DNA from: Candidatus Saccharimonadota bacterium
GTDB lineage: Bacteria; Pseudomonadota; Gammaproteobacteria; Enterobacterales; Enterobacteriaceae
DNA length: 32,000 bases
Direction of reading: 5' to 3'
NCBI GenBank assembly: GCA_036689235.1
Contig: CP144769.1
Coordinates: 86,476-118,475 of the forward strand
Shown here piece after piece: positions 25,304 through 32,000 of this stretch (position 1 is the first letter of the stretch; each line of letters starts with the position of its first letter). The translations under genes and the position numbers were made by a program. The notes below the pieces were generated by a model that did no database searches, had not been told where the DNA came from, and was given only the letters and a program-made list of their open reading frames with translations.

Positions 25304-26374
25304 TTAAAATTTTAAATCAAATCCTAATGATATATTATTATTTATATTTGATAAAATATTTTTATTTAATTTATTAATTTTATAATTTATATAACCAATT
25401 AATGATTTATTAAATTTATATATAGCTGTAATATTAAAGTATTTTTCTTTATTTATTAAATTTTTATTTTTTTTTATATATTTTTTTTTTTGTGTATATC
25501 CAATAATTGGAGTAAAACCAGATTTAAAATTATATTTTATTATAGTGCTAAAATAATAATTTTTATTATTATTATTTAATTTATTTAAATTATTTTCTTG
25601 AGTATATGTTGTTCCTATATATAATCTATTTAAATTAAATTTTAATCCAGTTGATCATATATTTTTTTTAATTATATTATTATTTTGTAAAATATTTTTT
25701 TTATTTTTAATATTTCTTTTAATTTCATATTTTTTTAAAGAATATGAAGTTGATAATTCAATTCCATATTTAGTTTTTAAATTATAAGTTATTCCTCATC
25801 CATTTTCATAAGATTTTATTATATTATTTATAGAATTATTTAAATTATTATTATTTTTCTGATATTGAAATATAAATTTTATATTTTTAAATAATGGTAT
25901 ATTTTTATTTAATAAAAATATTTTTTTATATGTTATTAGATTATTATTTATTCAAATTATATTATTTATTTTATTTTTATTATATGGAAAAATATTAGTA
26001 TATAATAATGTATTATTTATATTTTCATATTTTTTTCCATAACTTATATTTCCTAATTTATTATTTTTTATACCTATATAAAATAAATTTATTTTTATAT
26101 TATTTAATCTATTTTTTTTTTGATTATTAATTTTTAATATTGTATTTATTTTTCCAAATATAATTATATTTTTATTTAATTTATTTTTTCCTTTAATTAC
26201 TAAAGATAATGATTTGTTTTCATTTATATATTTTTTATTTGAGTATTCATTTAATAATAAACTATTAATATTTAATAAAATATTTTTATTTTTTATTATT
26301 GTAACAGATTTAGATGATTGTATAGTTAATAATGATATTATAATTAATGTTAATAAATTTTTAATTATATTCAT
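25304..26374 (-). CDS. General-diffusion outer-membrane porin of the OmpF/OmpC family, 356 aa precursor
   Basis: I retranslated through 4 TGAs from ATG 26374 to TAA at 25304-25306. The signal peptide is 'MNIIKNLLTLIIISLLTIQSSKS'. 'NIKINLFYIGIKNNKLGNISYGKKYENINNTLLYTNIFP' parallels OmpF '[38 protein letters not shown]'. 'WSTGLKFNLNRLYIGTTY' parallels 'WATGLKYDANNIYLAANY', and 'YFNITAIYKFNKSLIGYINY' is also present. The C-terminal residue is Phe ('FDLKF'). The gene is adjacent to asnS, as ompF is in E. coli. Confidence 0.8.
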
Positions 26375-26461
26375 TTTAAAATTTTCCTTATATTTGTTAT
26401 AATATATATATATATGTATTTAATTATATATTAATAATATAATAATATTAAATAATATTAA

Positions 26462-27802
26462 TTAAAAATTTATATATTTAGGATATCTTGGAAAAGGTAT
26501 AACATCTTTTATATTTTTCATATTAGTTATATACATTAATAATCTTTCTATTCCTAAACCAAATCCTGAATGTTTAATAGTTCCATATTTTCTTAAATCT
26601 CTATATCATCAATATTTTTTCTTATTTATTTTTTTTTCTTTTATATTTTTATCTAATAATTTTATATTTTCTTCTCTTTCTGAACCTCCTATTATTTCTC
26701 CTACATTTGGTAAAATTATATCCATACATGAAACAGTTTTATTATTTTTATTTTTTTTCATATAAAAAGGTTTTATTTCTTTTGGATAGTTTATTATTAT
26801 TATTGCTGATTTAAAGTATTTTTTTGTTAAATATATTTCTATTTCAGTAGGTATATCAATACCTCAAATAATTTTATTTTTAAATATATTTTCTTTATTT
26901 TTTATTATTTTAAATATTTCTTTATATTCTATTTTTATAAATTTTTTTTCTATTATATTTATTAAATATTTATCTTCATTTATTTTCGTATATTTAAATA
27001 AAAAATTTAAATCTTCGTAATTTTTTTTTATTATATTTTTTACACAATATGATAATATATTTTTTGATATTTTAATTATTTTGTTTATATTAGCCAATAC
27101 TAATTCTATTTCTAACATTCAAAATTCTGCTAAATGTTTATTAGTGTTAGAATTTTCTGCTCTAAATATTGGTCCTAAATTATAAACTTTTGATAATGAA
27201 CATGCATATGTTTCTAAATTTAATTGACCTGATACACTTAGATAAGATTTTTTATTAAAAAAATTTTTATTTTTTATTTTAAACATTTTACTATTTCCTT
27301 CTGTATCTAATGAAGTAATTATTGGTGTTGTTATTAAATAAAAATTTTTTTTTTGTAAATATTTATGAATATTAAATATTAATGTATTTCTTATTCTAAT
27401 TATTGATTGTATTAATGATGTTCTACATCTTAGATGTGAATTCTTTCTTAAATATTCTAAAGAATGATATTTTGCACTTATAGGGTATTTTTTTTGATTA
27501 TTAATTTTTCCTAAAATTTTAATTTTTATTGCTTTTATTTCTTTTTCTTTGTTTTTTTTATTTATTTTAACTTTTCCTTTTATTTTTAATACTCATCCTG
27601 TATTTATTTTATATATTTTTTTATTTTTTTTTATATATTTTTTTTTTATAATTATTTGTATAGTATTTATACATGAACCATCTTTTATATCTATAAAAAT
27701 TATATTTATTTTTGAATATCTAACAGATTTTACTCATCCATATAAATATATAATTTTATTTTTATTTATATTTTTTATTTTATTTATAGGTGTATAATTC
27801 AT
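26462..27802 (-). CDS. asnS: Asparagine--tRNA ligase, 446 aa
   Basis: I retranslated the complete minus-strand frame and it is open from ATG 27802 to TAA at 26462-26464. The sequence shows '[25 protein letters not shown]', '[24 protein letters not shown]', '[11 protein letters not shown]', '[26 protein letters not shown]' (WW encoded by TGA-TGA) and the C-terminus '[13 protein letters not shown]'. Confidence 0.93.
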
Positions 27803-27817
27803 ATTTATTTTTTGAAT

Positions 27818-28555
27818 TTATTTGTTATTTATTTTATATTTATCTAACCAAATACATTTATTATTTTTCTTTTTAATATATTTTAAATATTTTAAATGTT
27901 TTTTTATATATTTTTTTTTAATAATTTTATTTTTATTATTATTATTATTATTAATATATTTTTTTTTATTTTTATTTATATTTTTATTTATATTATTTTT
28001 TTTATTAAATATTATTTTATTTTGTTTTCTTGTCATATTTAAATAAACTATTGATAATAATTTTGCATCTAATAATGCTCCATGTTTTTTTCTTTTTGAT
28101 ATATCTATATTATATCTTTGACATAATGAATTTAAATCATTTTTTTTACCTGGAAATAATTTTCTTGCTAATAATAAAGTATCGGTAATTTTACAAATCT
28201 TTTTTATTTTTTTTATATTAAAATTTATTAATTTTAATTCATATTCTATAAATTTAATATCAAAATTTGCATTATGTATAATTAATTCTTTATTTTTTAT
28301 AAAATTAATTAATTTTTCTGCTATTTCAAAAAATATAGGTTTATTTTTTAGAAAATAATTATTTATTCCATGTATTTTATATGCTTTTTCATCTATTTTT
28401 TTTTTTGGGTTTATATAAAAATGTATAAAATTATTAGTTATTTTTCTATTTACTAATTCTATTGCTCCTATTTCAATTATTTTATGACCTACATAATGAT
28501 TTTCTATTAAATTAATTCCTGTTGTTTCTATATCTAATACGACTTGTTTATTCAT
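27818..28555 (-). CDS. dnaQ: DNA polymerase III epsilon subunit (3'-5' proofreading exonuclease) DnaQ, 245 aa
   Basis: The sequence shows 'VVLDIETTGIN', 'HKIIEIGAIELVNRKIT', 'LIIHNANFDIKFI' and 'HGALLDAKLLSIVYLNMT' (Exo I, II and III-epsilon motifs). The C-terminal tail is divergent and N/K-rich, ending '...CIWLDKYKINNK'. The gene lies 15 nt upstream of asnS and divergent from rnhA, as in E. coli. Confidence 0.9.
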   Translation of the reverse strand: MNKQVVLDIETTGINLIENHYVGHKIIEIGAIELVNRKITNNFIHFYINPKKKIDEKAYKIHGINNYFLKNKPIFFEIAEKLINFIKNKELIIHNANFDIKFIEYELKLINFNIKKIKKICKITDTLLLARKLFPGKKNDLNSLCQRYNIDISKRKKHGALLDAKLLSIVYLNMTRKQNKIIFNKKNNINKNINKNKKKYINNNNNNKNKIIKKKYIKKHLKYLKYIKKKNNKCIWLDKYKINNK

Positions 28556-28605
28556 TTTTTTTAAATTAGTTTATAATATTAATAAAATTAATTTTTATTA
28601 AAAAT

Positions 28606-29100
28606 ATGTTGAAAATAAATATTTATACAGATGGTTCATGTATTAATAATCCTGGACCTGGTGGTTGTGCTTCTATTATAAAATTATTTACAAAAAAAAA
28701 TAAAAAAGAAATTATATTAAAAGCTGGTTATTATTATACTACTAATAATAGAATGGAATTAATGGCTTTTATATTATCTTTAAAGTTTTTAATAAATAAT
28801 TTATATATTAATAATGATATTAATATATTTACAGATAGTAGTTATTTATATAATGGAGTTAATTTTTGAATTTATTCTTGAAAAAGTAATAATTGAAAAA
28901 ATTCAAATAATAAATTTATAAAAAATATAGATTTATGAAATTTAATATATAAAAAATTAATTTTATTTAAAAATAAAATTAAATGAAATTTATTAAAATC
29001 TCATAAAGGTAATTTTTATAATAATAAATGTGATAAAATTGCTTTTTTTTCTGCTAAAAATCCAAAATTTTTTGATTATATTAAATATATTTCTTTTTAA
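28606..29100 (+). CDS. rnhA: Ribonuclease HI, 164 aa
   Basis: The sequence shows 'INIYTDGSCINNPGPGGCA', 'TTNNRMELMAFILSL' and 'IFTDSSYL'. Five TGA codons then follow (28867, 28879, 28894, 28936, 28984), giving 'WIYSWKSNNWKNSNNKFIKNIDLW...IKW'. This aligns with E. coli RNase HI '[24 protein letters not shown]...IKW'. The stop is TAA at 29098-29100. Confidence 0.9.
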
Positions 29101-29512
29101 TTTAAAATAAAAAATAAAAAAATAAAAATAAATTACATTTATATTGTTAAATATAAAATATATTTTATATTATTTATTTTTTTTTTAATTATATTTTTAA
29201 ATTTTTATATATTTAATGTTATTTATTTTATTATTATATATATATATATTTATTAATTATATTAAATTATAATTAATTTTAAATAAATTATTATTTAATT
29301 ATATTATAATTTAATAATATATATATAATTTATTTTAATAATTTATTAAATAATTTGTTTATTATTAATTTTAATGAGTATTAAATTAATTATATTTATA
29401 TTATTATTTTTTTTTAAAAATTATATTTATAATTTAAAATTATTATTTAATTTATATTTATATATTAAAAATTAAATATAATTAAATTATTATTTTATAT
29501 GGAGTTTTTTTT

Positions 29513-30508
29513 ATGACTATTAGAGTAGGTATAAATGGTTTTAGTAAAATTGGTAGATTAATATTTTATAATTCTCAATATAGAAAAAATATTAAAGTAG
29601 TAGTTATTAATGATTTAATTGATATTAATGATGTTATTCGTTTACTAAAAGTTGATTTTATTAATGATAAAAAATTTAATAATAGTATAAAAATTATAGA
29701 TAATAATTTATTTATAAATAATAATAAAATTTATTTTACTTCTTATAGTAAACCTAATGATATTAAATGAAGTAAATTTAATGTTGATATTGTAATAGAA
29801 TCTACTGGTTTATTTTTAACTAAAAATTTATCTTATGGACATATTTTATCTGGAGCTAAATATGTAATTATGACTAGTTTACCTAATGATGATACACCTA
29901 TATTTGTAATGGGAATTAATAATCATAATTATAATGGTCAAAATATAATATCTAATGCTTCTCCTATTATTAATTGTTTAGCTCCTATAGTTAAAGTTAT
30001 TAATGATAATTTTGAAATTACTGAATCTTTTATAACTAATATATATTCATCTATTTATAATAAAAAAATAACTAGTAATCATTCATTAAAGAATTTATAT
30101 ACTTATAAAAGTATTGTTCCTGTATTTGATAAATCTATTAATTTTTTAAATTATATAATTCCAGATTTAAAAAATAAAATTATTGGTATGTCTTTAAAAA
30201 TATCATTTTTAAATATTTCACTTATAGATTTTACTGCTAAATTAAATTCTAATGTTACTTATGATGAAATATGTTCTTGTATGGAAGAAGCTTCTAAAAC
30301 TTATTTACGTGGAATTTTAGGTGTTATTTATGATAATAATTTAATTTTTAATAATTTATATAATAAAAAATTAGTTTCTATTTTTGATGCTAAATCTGTT
30401 TTAATATTAAATAATAATTTTATTAAATTTATATCATGATATAATAATGAAATAGCTTATTCTGAAAAAATTTTAGATTTATTATCTTATATATATTATT
30501 ATAATTAA
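29513..30508 (+). CDS. gapA: Glyceraldehyde-3-phosphate dehydrogenase homologue (GapA-like), 331 aa, intact ORF but catalytic Cys and His substituted
   Basis: The sequence shows 'MTIRVGINGFSKIGRLIF', 'VVVINDL', 'IVIESTGLFLT' and the C-terminal 'SWYNNEIAYSEKILDLLSYI' (W encoded by TGA at 30437). The active-site box reads 'SNASPIINCLAP' (29950-29985) instead of 'SNASCTTNCLAP'. The 'TTVHA' segment reads 'TNIYS'. Confidence 0.85.
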
Positions 30509-30514
30509 ATTTAT

Positions 30515-30559
30515 ATACTAATTTGAATTATTTATTTTTTTTAAATAATTCATTAGTAT
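30515..30559. terminator. Stem-loop between convergent gapA and the protelomerase-like gene; candidate bidirectional rho-independent terminator
   Basis: 30515-30522 pairs with 30552-30559 (8 bp) and 30525-30533 pairs with 30543-30551 (9 bp), with a 2-nt bulge between them. The loop is A+T8. The arms contain exactly two G/C positions each, and these pair with one another (C30518-G30556, G30525-C30551). Confidence 0.5.
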
Positions 30560-30562
30560 TTA

Positions 30563-32000
30563 TTATTCTATTATTTTTTTTTTAATTATTTTATATCTTC
30601 CATTTATTTTTTTTTGATTAATATATTTTGATATGTATTTTATATATTTTTTTATTAATATGGTATTGAATCCAAATTTTCTTAAAATATAATTATTTAT
30701 TAATGTATTATCATTATTAATAAGAATTTTTTTTGTTATTTCATGTATTCTATATGCATTTTTTCTTTTTATTATTTTATGTATTTTTTTATCTAGATTT
30801 AATATTTTTTTAAATCTTTTATTTTTTTTTATTTTGGGTTTTCATTTTTTTTCAAAATTTTTTAATTTAAATTGTTTATAATATATTTGACTATTTATAT
30901 TTTTATGTCCTAATATTTTATAAAAAAACATGTCTTCATCGTATTTTTTTCATTTTTTATCTTTTTTAAATCATTTTTTAAAACATATACGACTATATAT
31001 AGATCTAGTATCTTTATAAGTTCTTTTTTTATTTTGAAAAAATAATTTTGATCATCTATTAAATGGATTTGATAAATAATTACTTATTTGATAATTTTTT
31101 GATAAATATTTATTTTTTCTTTTATTTATCATATATATTATTTTTTTTAGTATTTTACTTTTTCTTAATTTTTTTATTTTTTTTAAAAATAATTTTGAAT
31201 TACATAATAAATATATTTTATATTTTTTTTTTTTATTATTATTTTTTGCTTGTCCTTTAAATTGTATTTTATTTTTTTTATTTATTAATTTAAATTTTCC
31301 TGTTTTAATTATTTCTATCATTCTTCTTCCAGATACTGCAGATAATGCAAATGATAATATTGATATTTTTTTTATATTATTAATTTTAAAATTATTATAT
31401 AATATATTATATATTTCTTTTATATAATTTTTATAATTTACTATAATTGTATTACTTTTTTTTTTTTTTATTTTATCATAAGATTTTTTTTTTGAAATTA
31501 AAAGTTTTCTTTTTTCTACTTTTAAATAAAATAATATTTCATGATTTATTTTTATGTTTTTTATTTTTTTCTTTAATTTTTTACCTTGTTGAATTTTATT
31601 TATTATATATTTATTTGAACTATATCATTTTTGATTTATAAAATTTTTTAATTCTTTTTTTCATTCTGGAAAAATTTTTATTGAATTTTTTATTATTTTT
31701 AAATTATTTTTTGTTGAATCTATTTTTATTTTATTAATTTTTTTTATTAAATTATTAATTAATTCTAATTTTAAATTTAATTTTCTTAATTTTATTTTTA
31801 TAATATTTATATTATTTATTTTATCTATAAAATTTATTTCTTTTTTATAATATGGAAAATTTTTTTTAATATAATTTATATTTTTTTTAAAACTATGATG
31901 TTTAATATTAATAAATTGTTTTCTTGATCTTGATATATATGTTATATAACTATTTATTGATAATTTTTTTTTCTTTAATTTTTTTTTAAAAATTAATGCT
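30563..32000 (-). CDS. Protelomerase / telomere resolvase (TelN/TelK-like tyrosine-recombinase-fold enzyme); 5' end lies beyond the window (about 479 codons visible)
   Basis: I retranslated the minus frame from 32000 down to TAA at 30563-30565. It is open with 6 TGA=Trp. Visible motifs are '...NSYITYISRSRKQFINIKHHSFKKNINYIKKNFPYY', 'IFPEWKKEL', 'NKIQQGKKL..KINHEILFYL', 'VNYKNYIKEIYNIL', 'FALSAVSGRRMIEIIKTGKF', 'IQFKGQAKNNNKKKKYKIYLLCNSKLF', 'SNPFNRWSKLFF', 'RTYKDTRSIYSRICF', 'KKWKKYDEDMFFYKILGHKNINSQIYYKQFKLKNF' and 'YRIHEITKKIL'. These parallel, in order, my recollection of N15 TelN: 'NAYMSRARKRF..LHHSFDKNINKL', 'VNHEVLYHL', 'AAVSGRRMIEIM', 'FSGQAKK', 'FNPWVKSFF', 'VYKDSRAIYARIAY' and 'DEDVFFMEILGHDDENTQLHYKQFKL'. 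Confidence 0.8.

Noticed and set aside
26214-26402. Plus-strand 62-aa ORF from the track.
   Set aside because: It lies antisense to the well-supported porin gene. It is a Phe/Ile/Leu/Asn low-complexity translation typical of the reverse frame of AT-rich coding sequence.
27549-28046. Plus-strand ORFs 27549..27797 and 27822..28046 from the track.
   Set aside because: They lie antisense to asnS and dnaQ respectively. Both are poly-F/I/L strings with no motifs, and the opposite strand encodes clearly homologous proteins.
29235-29328. (TA)n tracts (29235-29249, 29317-29327; also 4985-5006) considered as AT-rich analogues of the alternating TATACGCGCGTATA core of N15-type telomere resolution sites.
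   Set aside because: The self-complementary stretches are only about 12-14 bp, and the flanks do not extend the symmetry. Such tracts are expected in this composition, and an active site inside a contiguous sequence is implausible.
29374-29475. 33-codon ORF 'MSIKLIIFILLFFFKNYIYNLKLLFNLYLYIKN' in the long spacer upstream of gapA.
   Set aside because: It is too short and low-complexity to support, with no RBS-like G-rich element. It is probably chance.
31063-31641. Plus-strand ORFs 31063..31260 and 31447..31641 from the track.
   Set aside because: They lie antisense to the protelomerase-like gene. They are low-complexity F/L/Y-rich artefacts.

Overview
The window is extremely A+T-rich and almost wall-to-wall coding. 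G/C is largely confined to two tRNA genes and to conserved codons. The standard-code ORF track is fragmented only because TGA is read as Trp (translation table 4). Once TGA is read through, the fragments fuse into full-length housekeeping genes with no TAA/TAG interruptions in any of the junction stretches I retranslated by hand. In-frame TGAs fall on universally conserved Trp positions. Gene content in order: rpoH-hslV-hslU, a small code-4-only ORF, rpmE, murA(-), a stripped-down dcw cluster (rsmH-murE-murF-mraY-murD-murG-murC-ddl), a small basic ORF(-), secA, a short dnaX, htpG, recA(-), alaS-csrA-tRNA-Ser(GCU)-tRNA-Arg(ACG), an OmpF/C-type porin(-), asnS(-), dnaQ(-), rnhA, a GAPDH-like gene, and a tyrosine-recombinase-fold gene(-) running off the right edge. 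Several blocks keep E. coli-type microsynteny (hslVU/rpmE, dcw->secA, dnaX/htpG, alaS-csrA-serV-argV, ompF-asnS, dnaQ<>rnhA). I therefore read this as a highly reduced gammaproteobacterial (Enterobacterales-like) obligate symbiont genome using code 4; the exact taxon cannot be named from sequence alone. The standout is the last gene (30563..>32000, minus). Its translation matches, motif for motif, what I recall of phage N15 TelN / phiKO2 TelK protelomerase (telomere resolvase). It has fully host-like composition and TGA-encoded Trp at conserved positions, which suggests a long-resident hairpin-telomere/linear-replicon system. Other notable points are a GAPDH-like ORF with both catalytic residues substituted, a dcw cluster lacking every division/polymerisation gene, and a dnaX limited to the clamp-loader core. 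There are also two G/C-compensated hairpins between convergent genes and slippage-prone homopolymer/trinucleotide tracts inside essential genes. No CRISPR array, rRNA, IS element or obvious prophage block is visible.
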